A DNA stretch of 41,726 bases. Origin: a virus. Taxonomy: Duplodnaviria; Caudoviricetes. Below the pieces are notes generated by a model. The model was given only the letters and a program-made list of their open reading frames with translations. It had not been told where the DNA came from and did no database searches. Position numbers and translations under genes: made by a program. This document shows, one piece after another, positions 18,163 through 27,137 of this stretch (position 1 is its first letter; every line of letters starts with the position of its first letter). The stretch spans positions 1-41,726 of the IMG/VR virus record IMGVR_UViG_3300030037_000001. The stretch is one strand, 5' to 3'.

Positions 18163-18435
18163 ATGTCACTACTAATTAAAATCATCATGCAATTCATCCG
18201 TGGGTTATTCTCTAAGAAGGACTCAGAGGCTAAGCATAAGGCTCTATTAGAAGAAGTCACACAAGAAGTCAACAAGAAGTCTATAACCATTAATAGGGCT
18301 ACTAGACGTGAAATGGCTAAGGCTTTAGCTCACCACCCCGACCACAAGGGGATCACACACCTAGATCTACCCAAGGTTTGTAGTAAGGTTGAGTTCATCT
18401 GGTGGGTCAATCAAGTAGAGTATACAGCACGATGA
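18163..18435 (+). CDS. Hypothetical protein (90 aa, amphipathic N-terminus)
   Basis: ATG at 18163 with GGGAG RBS. Confidence 0.7.
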   Translation: MSLLIKIIMQFIRGLFSKKDSEAKHKALLEEVTQEVNKKSITINRATRREMAKALAHHPDHKGITHLDLPKVCSKVEFIWWVNQVEYTAR

Positions 18436-18689
18436 GCAAATTTGTACACGCGTTCACCTTTGGTCAGAGACTCACGGCTTTTGACTGGTCGAAGCCTAGG
18501 TATCATCTAGGCTACGCATATGATGGTTCACATATAACAACAAAATGTAATGTACTAGCAGGTGAGCAGGTTACTGACAGCTACAAGTGGTACGATGACT
18601 CGCATATAGAGCCTTATGTTGAACCTAAAGCTACGACCAAACGTGGATGGGCTATGATCCCTCAATGTTGGGAATATGCTAAACCATGA
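18432..18689 (+). CDS. Hypothetical protein
   Basis: ATGA overlap; MSKFVHAF... Confidence 0.65.
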   Translation: MSKFVHAFTFGQRLTAFDWSKPRYHLGYAYDGSHITTKCNVLAGEQVTDSYKWYDDSHIEPYVEPKATTKRGWAMIPQCWEYAKP

Positions 18690-18874
18690 TTCATGACTCG
18701 TTAAACCCTCTAGGACTACCTGTTAACACTCATGTATACATTGGTGCAACAGAGTCCGAGGTTTTGAACATGAAGCGCCGAGGGTTAACCACTGGCTACT
18801 CTGAAAAGGGTTTACAAGTGGTTAATACCGATGGTATAATAAGAACATTTAATAATTGGATGGTAGTACTATGA
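18686..18874 (+). CDS. Hypothetical protein
   Basis: ATGA overlaps at both ends. Confidence 0.65.
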   Translation: MIHDSLNPLGLPVNTHVYIGATESEVLNMKRRGLTTGYSEKGLQVVNTDGIIRTFNNWMVVL

Positions 18875-18996
18875 AAGCAGAAGACGCAATCCTAGGATTA
18901 ATCCTAGTGTCCCTATGTGCAATCATTGCAATAATGTCTGTACAGGTAAACACCTTGAAACAGGATGTGGAACAATTAAAGATAGAGGTTCACTAA
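18871..18996 (+). CDS. 41-aa TM plus short coiled-coil protein
   Basis: MKAEDAILGLILVSLCAIIAIMSVQVNTLKQDVEQLKIEVH; coupled overlaps at both ends. Confidence 0.6.
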   Translation: MKAEDAILGLILVSLCAIIAIMSVQVNTLKQDVEQLKIEVH

Positions 18997-19193
18997 TGAA
19001 GTATACCATTAAACATAACTTAGTTACAGGGAGCTATGTGCCTTACTGGGGTCATCTAATTATAGGAGAAGATGGTGTAACTGGTTGCTCCTATGTTACA
19101 TGGACTAGTTATGGGGAAGCACGACGCCTTATAGAGTTGCATAAGATGCTGGCACTCACTGGTACTGAATACATCATTGAGATTCCGACATGA
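18996..19193 (+). CDS. Hypothetical protein (MKYTIKHN...)
   Basis: TAATG coupling and GAGG RBS favour the start at 18996. Confidence 0.65.
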   Translation: MKYTIKHNLVTGSYVPYWGHLIIGEDGVTGCSYVTWTSYGEARRLIELHKMLALTGTEYIIEIPT

Positions 19194-19489
19194 TGCCTTA
19201 CTGGTGCCACATACCCTCCTTTACGGATGCTGTAGAAGTGGTTAGACACCTTGAGGACGCAGGTGTGACATCTCATATCAGACACTCGACTAAACGACCC
19301 GACCATGACATGATAGTAACCCAAGCTCATACCGCCCTAGAAATTATGGTGTATGATAATGTTGCTACAGGTGGTCAGTATTATAAGTACTTTAGTCATA
19401 CCGAGAGGACAGCCAAGGATTTAAACCCCGCGCTTGAACTCCCATATAATAAATTTGTAGAATACCTACAATACGAAGCAACTAAATAA
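19190..19489 (+). CDS. Hypothetical protein
   Basis: 99 aa, ATGA overlap. Confidence 0.65.
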   Translation: MMPYWCHIPSFTDAVEVVRHLEDAGVTSHIRHSTKRPDHDMIVTQAHTALEIMVYDNVATGGQYYKYFSHTERTAKDLNPALELPYNKFVEYLQYEATK

Positions 19490-19511
19490 AACACACAAAG
19501 GAATAAGCAAT

Positions 19512-20267
19512 ATGTCAAACATTACAAACACACGCAAAGAAGAGTTTAAAGGGTCTATGCAGGTTAAAGCATCGTGCAAGACTCCAGAGGGTTTCGCATC
19601 ATTCCCACACCTTAACCGTCCAGATGAGTACATGGGTAAGAAGCAGTACAAGGTTGACCTTCGTATTGACCCGAGTAACCCAGAGTCAGCCGCATTCATT
19701 GAAGAGGTGAAGGTATGGGAAGCTAAGCATAAGGTCGTACAGGCTCAAAACATCAAGGCGTCCATTAAGGATATCCCAGAGGATTCAGCTAACCCTAAGC
19801 ATAAGAAGGCCATTGATAAGGCTAACGTTATGCTTGCAACGCTTGAGAACGATGACTACAAGTCATTGTTGATCGAAGAGTATGACAACGACAGTGGACA
19901 ACCTACTGGTATGTTCAAGTTACGTGCCAAGTGTAATGCAGGTGGTGTAGCCCGTGATGGGAAAGAGTACAAAATCCAACCAAAGATCTATACAGCCTCT
20001 GGTCGTGTAGCTCTGGAAGATGCACCTATTATCACCGCGGGTTCAACACTCCGTCTAAACCTCGACATCAGTACTTACGAGATGCCCTCCAGCGGTTACG
20101 TGGGTATTTCTGTTCGACTCAAGGATGTACTCATCGTTAAGATCGGGGGTGGTGCAGACTCTGGTGGTTCAAACCCCTTCGGAGGTGACGACGCATATAA
20201 GCCAGATACATTCAGTGCACCCGAGGCTACATCTGGTGACGAAGATGATTCTGAAGAGGGATACTAA
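19512..20267 (+). CDS. ssb: Single-stranded DNA-binding protein (gp2.5-like)
   Basis: TPEG..FPHLNRPD, YKVDL, AGSTLRL, GISVRLKDV; acidic tail ending in an aromatic residue. Confidence 0.9.
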   Translation: MSNITNTRKEEFKGSMQVKASCKTPEGFASFPHLNRPDEYMGKKQYKVDLRIDPSNPESAAFIEEVKVWEAKHKVVQAQNIKASIKDIPEDSANPKHKKAIDKANVMLATLENDDYKSLLIEEYDNDSGQPTGMFKLRAKCNAGGVARDGKEYKIQPKIYTASGRVALEDAPIITAGSTLRLNLDISTYEMPSSGYVGISVRLKDVLIVKIGGGADSGGSNPFGGDDAYKPDTFSAPEATSGDEDDSEEGY

Positions 20268-20279
20268 GAGTTAAAACAA

Positions 20280-20302
20280 GTGGTCTACCTAGTGTAGGCC
20301 AC
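20280..20302 (+). other. Hairpin after ssb
   Basis: GTGGTCTAC-CTAGT-GTAGGCCAC 9-bp stem, no U-tract. Confidence 0.45.
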
Positions 20303-20327
20303 ATACAAACATAATAAGGATTAGCTT

Positions 20328-20561
20328 ATGAATTGGTTCAAACGAAAAGTAAAACCACAAGTAGGTGACATTTGGTGTAAGGATTACGAAGACCCCTTCT
20401 CTGAAAGGACTGCCATAGAGATATTAGATGTACGTGAAGGGTACGCACTGTGTAAATATCTAATGGTTGACGGTTTGGATATGACTAGTCAGTCCCCCCG
20501 CTCTAAGGCGGTGTCAACCATCAGGGCACTATACAAACGGGAGGTTAGCCATGCCACGTAG
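20328..20561 (+). CDS. Small hypothetical protein (PQVGDIW, possibly SH3-like)
   Basis: 77 aa, RBS AAGGA. Confidence 0.65.
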   Translation: MNWFKRKVKPQVGDIWCKDYEDPFSERTAIEILDVREGYALCKYLMVDGLDMTSQSPRSKAVSTIRALYKREVSHAT

Positions 20562-21030
20562 ACAATCATTTCATAGACAGCCGAGACGAAGTGATAACCA
20601 AGGGTTTGGCTCTGGGTTAGAGAAGACCAACAACAACATCCTAGTCAAGGCAGGCGCTAAGTTTGACTATGAGAATGAAGCCTGTGTATTCAACTATAAG
20701 AAGAAGGTATACCAAGGTAAGTGTGACACCTGCGAAGGTCATGAAGTCTACTCGCACCATATCTATACAGCTGACTTTAAGGTTGTAACCAAGAGTGGTA
20801 AAGAGATCTGGATTGAGATTAAAGGCGGTGGAGTTTCATGGACTGGTGAGACACGTAGTAAACACGTTGCCATCAAGAAGCAATACCCAGACCGTGAGGT
20901 TCGCTTTGTGTTCAGTAACATGAATGCCTCGATTGGTAAGAATGCCAAGACAACTAATAAGCAATGGTGTAAGACCAAAGGTTTCATCTGTGCAAACCAG
21001 AAGATCCCCCTAGCGTGGCTTAACGAATAG
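20551..21030 (+). CDS. Endonuclease I / Holliday junction resolvase (gp3-like)
   Basis: SGLE, YE, YTADF, IEIKG, KH..IKKQYPD..VRFVF, WC...GF motifs. Confidence 0.92.
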   Translation: MPRRQSFHRQPRRSDNQGFGSGLEKTNNNILVKAGAKFDYENEACVFNYKKKVYQGKCDTCEGHEVYSHHIYTADFKVVTKSGKEIWIEIKGGGVSWTGETRSKHVAIKKQYPDREVRFVFSNMNASIGKNAKTTNKQWCKTKGFICANQKIPLAWLNE

Positions 21031-21061
21031 ATAAACTAATAATTAAACAAGGAGTCACCCA

Positions 21062-21376
21062 ATGTTAGACCCGAAAGATATACAAATAATGGCTAACATT
21101 GCGTTAGTCCTAGCGTCACTCGTAGTAATCATATTCTATCTACTACCTGCACTATTTGACCAAGATATCTCAGCTGATGATTTTATCAGAAGTAGTACAC
21201 TTGGTGAACTAGAGATAGGACAAGTAGCCTACTTTGAAGGGAACCCTACAGCATTATTTCGTAAGAGATCTTGTGAGACTTATGTATACCTAGAGGACTT
21301 AGCGCGTATCCATGCGATACAGCCTTGGGCTAAATGTACACAAGTAACTATAGAGGAGGTTATGTCCAATGTCTAA
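21062..21376 (+). CDS. Hypothetical protein with N-terminal TM helix
   Basis: IALVLASLVVIIFYLLPALF; RBS AAGGAG. Confidence 0.65.
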   Translation: MLDPKDIQIMANIALVLASLVVIIFYLLPALFDQDISADDFIRSSTLGELEIGQVAYFEGNPTALFRKRSCETYVYLEDLARIHAIQPWAKCTQVTIEEVMSNV

Positions 21377-21587
21377 AGCACTATACAGAGTCACGTTAAA
21401 ACCTACGGATGCATGGAGTAAATGCACACATACTAAGTTGAAACCTATGTACGTAGTCGAGGACTCGAAGAAGGGAGCACGAAGTTACGCAGAGAGGCAC
21501 CTTAAGGCAGGTCTCTCTATTAAATCCGTATCCTTCTTGGGTGAACAGTTAGGTATGAGTATGTACAGTGGAGGTAAGGATGCCTAA
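21369..21587 (+). CDS. Hypothetical protein
   Basis: 72 aa, RBS GGAGG. Confidence 0.65.
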   Translation: MSKALYRVTLKPTDAWSKCTHTKLKPMYVVEDSKKGARSYAERHLKAGLSIKSVSFLGEQLGMSMYSGGKDA

Positions 21588-23277
21588 AACTAATTGTGAA
21601 GCCTGTGATTCATCTGATGCACGTGAGGTGTATGACGATGGTGGGTCACATTGTTTCAGCTGTGGAGACCATGAGTTTCCAACAGATGGTGAGAAGCGGG
21701 AGGTTAAACCCGTAGTAACCAAGAGTAAACCAAACCAACCTATGTTAGAAGGTGGAGTACACACAGCTTTGAGAGGAATAACAGCCTCAACCTGTAAGAA
21801 GTATGATTACAGAGTCCATTCACAATACCAAGGGCAGTCAGGCGTTCATAGTGCACCATATACTAACCGTGAAGGCGCAGTAGTAGCTCAACATCTACGT
21901 ATGCCGAACAAGGCGATGCCCTTTGTTGGTAACGCTGGGGCTGACCAAGAGCTTCAACTCTTCGGTCAACATTTATTCCCTAAGGGTGGTAAGCGCCTTG
22001 TTATATGTGAAGGTGAGATCGACACGTTATCGGCTTATACAGCGTTAGGCGAGTCGTGGCCTTGTGTTGGACTAGCTGGTTCAAACCGAGTAGAGAAGAT
22101 CTTCAAAAGTAATATGGAGTTCATCAGCTCGTTTGATACAGTCGTCCTTGCGTTTGACAATGATGATGCAGGACACAAAGCCACTAAGGTTGCATTGGAT
22201 ATACTATCATTCGGAACATGTGTAGTAAAAGATTTCGCAGCAGGTTGTAACGACCTCAATGATATACTTGTAGGTAAAGGTGCTAAGGCTCTTAGGGACA
22301 TGCTGTTCTACAAGGCTGAGGAGCATCTACCAGATGGTATCAAGTCTATAGCTGATGTTGAATTTAAAGAGGAGACATTTGATGTAACCTTATTCCCTTG
22401 GAAGTCCTTCAATGAGAAGCTATTCGCTATGCGCTCTGGTGAAATCACTGTGCATACCTCGGGCTCTGGTATGGGTAAGTCTACCATCATGAGACAGATT
22501 GTTTCAGACCTAATGAAACAAGGAGAGAACTGTGGGTTAATCATGCTTGAAGAAAGCACTGAGGAGACCAAGGCTGACCTCATGTCTCTACACTTGAATA
22601 AACCAGTACGTATCATCATGGCTCAACGAGCGATCAACGCTAAGTTAGAAGCCAAAGGTTTACCCCCATTATACCTAGATGTAGCAGAGCTGACAGATAG
22701 TGAGATAAGTAGTGCTAACCAAGCTGTCAATGACAGTAACTTGATGATCCTAGATCACTCAGACGGTTATACTGTGGACTCCATTGTTAATCAGATTCGA
22801 TACCTCTCAGTTGCTAAGGGTGTTAAACACATTGTCCTTGACCACATAACCATACTTGTATCTTCGAGTAAGGAGATTGAGAACGAGGTTAAAGCTGTTG
22901 ATGTAATCATGAAGGAACTTCGTATGTTAGCTGAGGAGAAGAATATTAGTATCCACATCATCTCACATATACGTAAGAAACCTACTGGTTCAAAGTCGGT
23001 TAACAATGGTGGTGACATTCAGATGGAAGACCTCAGAGGTTCTGGTGGTTTGTATCAGATTGCTAACAACGTGTTAGCCTATGGTCGAGACCAGCATGAC
23101 GAGGAGCGTAAGAACATTACAGTAGTACGCAGTCTTAAGGCTAGGCTTGGTGGTTACACTGGTATAGTCTGCGAGTTGGAGTTTGATCCAACTACTGGTG
23201 TACTTAATGAAGTAGAAGGTATTACACAATCAACTAGCCCCTTCAGCGGGGATACAAACAACAAGGAAGAATACTAA
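21580..23277 (+). CDS. Primase-helicase (gp4-like)
   Basis: CxxC...CxxC zinc domain, EGEID and DND TOPRIM motifs, GSGMGKST, LDHI, DLRGSG. Confidence 0.97.
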   Translation: MPKTNCEACDSSDAREVYDDGGSHCFSCGDHEFPTDGEKREVKPVVTKSKPNQPMLEGGVHTALRGITASTCKKYDYRVHSQYQGQSGVHSAPYTNREGAVVAQHLRMPNKAMPFVGNAGADQELQLFGQHLFPKGGKRLVICEGEIDTLSAYTALGESWPCVGLAGSNRVEKIFKSNMEFISSFDTVVLAFDNDDAGHKATKVALDILSFGTCVVKDFAAGCNDLNDILVGKGAKALRDMLFYKAEEHLPDGIKSIADVEFKEETFDVTLFPWKSFNEKLFAMRSGEITVHTSGSGMGKSTIMRQIVSDLMKQGENCGLIMLEESTEETKADLMSLHLNKPVRIIMAQRAINAKLEAKGLPPLYLDVAELTDSEISSANQAVNDSNLMILDHSDGYTVDSIVNQIRYLSVAKGVKHIVLDHITILVSSSKEIENEVKAVDVIMKELRMLAEEKNISIHIISHIRKKPTGSKSVNNGGDIQMEDLRGSGGLYQIANNVLAYGRDQHDEERKNITVVRSLKARLGGYTGIVCELEFDPTTGVLNEVEGITQSTSPFSGDTNNKEEY

Positions 23278-23438
23278 TGGCTATTAAGGAAGGTCAGACC
23301 TGTATTGACAATAATACAGGTACAAGGCGTAAGCAGTGGCGTAAGAAACCATGTAAGCGCTGTGGTGAATGTATATATAGTAAGGGTAAACCTAGTTATA
23401 TTAGTGGGCGTTCGTTGATATGTGATGGATGCTTATGA
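23277..23438 (+). CDS. 53-aa zinc-finger-like protein
   Basis: CKRC...CDGC; TAATG coupling to the helicase. Confidence 0.6.
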   Translation: MAIKEGQTCIDNNTGTRRKQWRKKPCKRCGECIYSKGKPSYISGRSLICDGCL

Positions 23439-23671
23439 TTCCCTTAGGTAGACCAATAACGCTATTTGGTAAATGGGTCGGACTTGCATTGAAACAGTCT
23501 GGCTCTTCTTACTATCTCTGTTCGTTTCACGATGGGTTGACCAATCGTAAAGAACTGGTTCACACAGACCACATAGAGGTAGGAGGTAATATATACAAGG
23601 TTCATGACACCAGTAACGAGGTGGTTGAGCAAGAAGACGCAGGTTGCGAAGGCGGTGCGTGCAAGATATAA
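23435..23671 (+). CDS. 78-aa protein ending in GCEGGACKI (class II RNR-like tail)
   Basis: ATGA overlap; acidic linker then CxxxxC at the C-terminus. Confidence 0.65.
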   Translation: MIPLGRPITLFGKWVGLALKQSGSSYYLCSFHDGLTNRKELVHTDHIEVGGNIYKVHDTSNEVVEQEDAGCEGGACKI

Positions 23672-23694
23672 CTAAAACACACAAGGATAAACAC

Positions 23695-25605
23695 ATGGTA
23701 CGCTTAGTTTTTGATATAGAGAGTAATCATTATGATTTTGACATAATGCACACACTCCACTGCCTAGCGATAGGTGATGTGGATACAGAGGTTGTAAAAC
23801 TTTATGTAACACCAGAAGAGATCGAGGTGGGGATCAAGAGGTTGGAGCAGGCAGATGTACTCATTGCACACAATGGTATTAAGTTTGACATCCCAGCCCT
23901 ACAGATTTTCTACCCAGAGTTTAAACCAAAAGGAGAAGTACACGACACACTGATCCTATCAAGGCTTAGTATGTTTGAAGGTGTATATGGTTATGGTCAC
24001 TCATTGGAGAACTGGGGTAAATACCTCAAGTTATACAAAGGTGATTACGCCAAGGAATTCAAGTCTAAATACTGTGAGACTCATGGTATTAAGGAAGCGA
24101 AGTACCCTAAGGGTGAGGAGTGGTTAGTATACTGTCAAGCTATGGGTGACTACTGCGTCCAAGACGTTGTGTTAAACATACAGGTATACCAGAAGTTACT
24201 TACTATGAATCGATTCACTTGGGACGTATATGACCTAGAGGCTTACACTATGCGACTCATGGAGCAACAGAAAGGTTTTGGTGTAGGGTTCAACATGGAG
24301 AAGGCGAAGGTTCTAGAGCGTACGCTTGATGACCATTTAGCTAGACTCGATGATACCATACGTGCCAACCCTCTCTTCAAAGGTTTCTACAAGATCACAC
24401 CAGAGTATATGCCTAAGGTCAACAGACCCGACCTAGGGTACGCCAAGGGTTCACCATGCTGTAAGCTTAAGTATGAGGACTTCAAGGCGGGGTCAGACCT
24501 CCACATCAGAAGAGTCTTGAAAGAGAGATTCAACTGGGAGCCTACTGAGTTTACAAAGAGGGGTTTACCCAGTGTTACAACCGAGGTGTTAGATGCCTTG
24601 GCTGTACATAGACCAGAGCTAGGTGTTCTAGCCGAGCGTTTCATGGTGAGTAAAAGACTCAGTGCTTTACGAGATGGTGCGGGCTCTTGGTTCAACACCC
24701 AGAAGGAAGGGCGTATACATGGCAGTGTCAACTCACTAGGTACAGTAACATTCAGAGCTACACATAATAGCCCTAACTTAGGACAGGTTCCCTCAGTACA
24801 TTCAGCTACCAAGAAGCATGAACACCTAGGATATAAGAAGGGGGATATACTTCTAGGTAAAGAGGGTGTATATGGGGCCGAATGTCGCGAACTCTTCTCT
24901 CATGGGGAAGGTGCGGGCTGGAAGTTCATGGGTTGTGATATGAGTGGTATCGAGTTTAGACTACTAGCCCACTTCTGCGCAGGTTTTGATGGTGGTGAGT
25001 TAGCAGACCTAGTTATCAATGGTGATATACATGTACATAATCAGAAGATGGCTGGTTTGGATACACGAAACCAAGCCAAGACGTTCATCTATGCGCTGAT
25101 CTATGGTGCAGGTGATGCTAACCTAGGTACACAGCTAGGAGGCGGTAGGTACAAAGGTGCTAAAGCTCGTAAGACCTTTATGACCAATATGCCTGCACTA
25201 GCTACACTACTTCAGCGTGTGACAACCTATCGTAAAAACAAGGCTGGTAACAGACCTAAGGCTTACGATAAGTGCATCAAGGCTATTGATGGGAGACATA
25301 TCTTCGTAGGATCAGATCACGTGGTTCTAAACTACCTACTTCAATCAGCTGGTGCTATCCTGTCAAAGGCTTGGATGCGAGAGTTTCACAGACTCTGTGA
25401 AGACCACGGGTTAGTACATGGTGTTCACTACAAACAGCTACTTTGGGTTCATGATGAAGTACAATGTGCTGTAATGACAGCCTCCGCTGAGACATTGGGT
25501 CAACTCTGTGTTCAAGCAATTGAGAACGTAGGTGAGCAGTATAAACTGAAGTGTGCAATCACTGGTGAATACAAGGTTGGTGATTCGTGGAAGGACACAC
25601 ACTAA
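23695..25605 (+). CDS. polA: Family A DNA polymerase (gp5-like)
   Basis: FDIES, HNGIKFD and YCVQDV exonuclease motifs; DMSGIEFR, RNQAKTFIYALIYG, VHDE; ATG at 23695 with AAGGA RBS. Confidence 0.98.
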   Translation: MVRLVFDIESNHYDFDIMHTLHCLAIGDVDTEVVKLYVTPEEIEVGIKRLEQADVLIAHNGIKFDIPALQIFYPEFKPKGEVHDTLILSRLSMFEGVYGYGHSLENWGKYLKLYKGDYAKEFKSKYCETHGIKEAKYPKGEEWLVYCQAMGDYCVQDVVLNIQVYQKLLTMNRFTWDVYDLEAYTMRLMEQQKGFGVGFNMEKAKVLERTLDDHLARLDDTIRANPLFKGFYKITPEYMPKVNRPDLGYAKGSPCCKLKYEDFKAGSDLHIRRVLKERFNWEPTEFTKRGLPSVTTEVLDALAVHRPELGVLAERFMVSKRLSALRDGAGSWFNTQKEGRIHGSVNSLGTVTFRATHNSPNLGQVPSVHSATKKHEHLGYKKGDILLGKEGVYGAECRELFSHGEGAGWKFMGCDMSGIEFRLLAHFCAGFDGGELADLVINGDIHVHNQKMAGLDTRNQAKTFIYALIYGAGDANLGTQLGGGRYKGAKARKTFMTNMPALATLLQRVTTYRKNKAGNRPKAYDKCIKAIDGRHIFVGSDHVVLNYLLQSAGAILSKAWMREFHRLCEDHGLVHGVHYKQLLWVHDEVQCAVMTASAETLGQLCVQAIENVGEQYKLKCAITGEYKVGDSWKDTH

Positions 25606-25625
25606 ACAAACACAAGGATAAACAC

Positions 25626-25925
25626 ATGGATAATACATTAGAAGTGAAGATACAGAAGGTTTTAACTCTAAAGCTCATAGAAGGTCTCCTCGGAGGGTTA
25701 GATGACCTTGGTTTTAAACGCGGTACTAAACGCTACCGTTTAATCGAAGAGATGACTGATACAGCCAAGGCGTTACACCGAGAGTTAGACCGCTGTGTTA
25801 CTAAGCAGGAAGTACGTGAGATCAAAGGGGAGTTAGCCACTGAGTTAATGACCAAGGGTAGACTCCCTAATAGCGTGAAGTTCATCCTAATTGAAGCCCT
25901 TGAGTCTGATGGGGGTTACAAGTGA
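25626..25925 (+). CDS. Hypothetical helical protein
   Basis: ATG at 25626; same 20-nt leader as polA. Confidence 0.7.
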   Translation: MDNTLEVKIQKVLTLKLIEGLLGGLDDLGFKRGTKRYRLIEEMTDTAKALHRELDRCVTKQEVREIKGELATELMTKGRLPNSVKFILIEALESDGGYK

Positions 25926-26098
25926 GGTACATAGGAGATATGTTAGGTTTGGATACTTACTTTACACATAATGGTACACTAGAGTTCACATGGTTCGATG
26001 GAGGGTTCTGCTCGTCTGAGGCATATACAATCAACCAAGTGAAAAACCTAATGTCACACCTACAAAGAGCTCTTGATGAGCATGGAGATAAACAATGA
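25922..26098 (+). CDS. 58-aa hypothetical protein
   Basis: GTGA and ATGA overlaps with its neighbours. Confidence 0.5.
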   Translation: MRYIGDMLGLDTYFTHNGTLEFTWFDGGFCSSEAYTINQVKNLMSHLQRALDEHGDKQ

Positions 26099-26316
26099 GT
26101 AAATCAAAAGTAATCGAGCGTCAAGCAATTGGTGACATCCAGTTAGGCGACGTGTATGATGACCAAGGGTTACACTACAAGGTCATTGCTATCAAACATG
26201 AGGATGAGACTTACCCTATTGTATGTCTGGTCAACACTGGTGACATCATGTGTTACAACGAGCAAGTCCTCGGTGAGTGTAAGCTCCTCGAGCGATCTTG
26301 GTTTAAAGACCTATGA
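26095..26316 (+). CDS. Small hypothetical protein (IQLGDVY, possibly SH3-like)
   Basis: 73 aa, RBS GGAG. Confidence 0.65.
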   Translation: MSKSKVIERQAIGDIQLGDVYDDQGLHYKVIAIKHEDETYPIVCLVNTGDIMCYNEQVLGECKLLERSWFKDL

Positions 26317-27137
26317 AAGCTCTAATTGATGCAGATGCCCTGTGTTTCCGCATGGCTGTTGTCGTTGAGGAAGTCAACCCCTTTACAGGTGAGGTTGAAT
26401 CAGCTGACTTAGGCGAGGCGTTTAACTTGTGTAAGATGAGGTTAGCGGAGGTTGAACAAGTGTTATTCGATGAGTTCCAAGAGGACGTTGACATCGAGTT
26501 ACACTTCTCCGACAAGACTAACTACAGGTACAGAGTTGAACCCTCATACAAATCAAATCGTAAGGGCTCTAGTAAGCCTGTGATATACAAGGAGCTTGTA
26601 GATAAATGCAAGAGGTTATATGACTGGGTTGAGTATACAGATATTGAAGCTGATGATTCTATGGGTGCTTGTCAAGATAAGTTCGCTGGTGTTACATGTA
26701 TTGTATCTCCCGACAAGGATCTTAGGCAGATAGCTGGCTACCACTTGAACCTCAATAAGCTAGTCGAGGGTGTAGAGGAAGTTACAGCTGAGCAAGGACA
26801 TAAGTTCTTCATGACCCAATGTATAGCGGGTGATACCTGTGACGGATATCATGGTGCTACTGGTTTTGGTATGAAGAAGGCTAAGGACTGGTTAGAGACC
26901 TATGGTTACACATGGGACTCAATAGTAAAAGCTTATGAGTCTTGTAAATCACCCAAGACTAAAAGAACAAAGATGCCTAATGGTAAATATAAAACAAAAC
27001 GTTTAGTGGTTAGGAACCTAGGATTAGGTGAAGCCGAGGCGTTAAAAACCGCCCGCATGGCTTTCATCTTAAATGACTGGAAGTATTATGATAAGGCTAC
27101 AAACGAGGTCAGATTATGGGAACCCAGCGATGTCTAG
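26313..27137 (+). CDS. 5'-3' exonuclease (gp6-like)
   Basis: LIDAD, YKSNR, EADD, SPDKDLRQ and GDTCDGY motifs. Confidence 0.95.
   Translation: MKALIDADALCFRMAVVVEEVNPFTGEVESADLGEAFNLCKMRLAEVEQVLFDEFQEDVDIELHFSDKTNYRYRVEPSYKSNRKGSSKPVIYKELVDKCKRLYDWVEYTDIEADDSMGACQDKFAGVTCIVSPDKDLRQIAGYHLNLNKLVEGVEEVTAEQGHKFFMTQCIAGDTCDGYHGATGFGMKKAKDWLETYGYTWDSIVKAYESCKSPKTKRTKMPNGKYKTKRLVVRNLGLGEAEALKTARMAFILNDWKYYDKATNEVRLWEPSDV

Noticed and set aside
18686-18700. IHDS start as a captured RNAP active-site fragment
   Set aside because: Only about 11 nt / 4 aa match; compatible with chance
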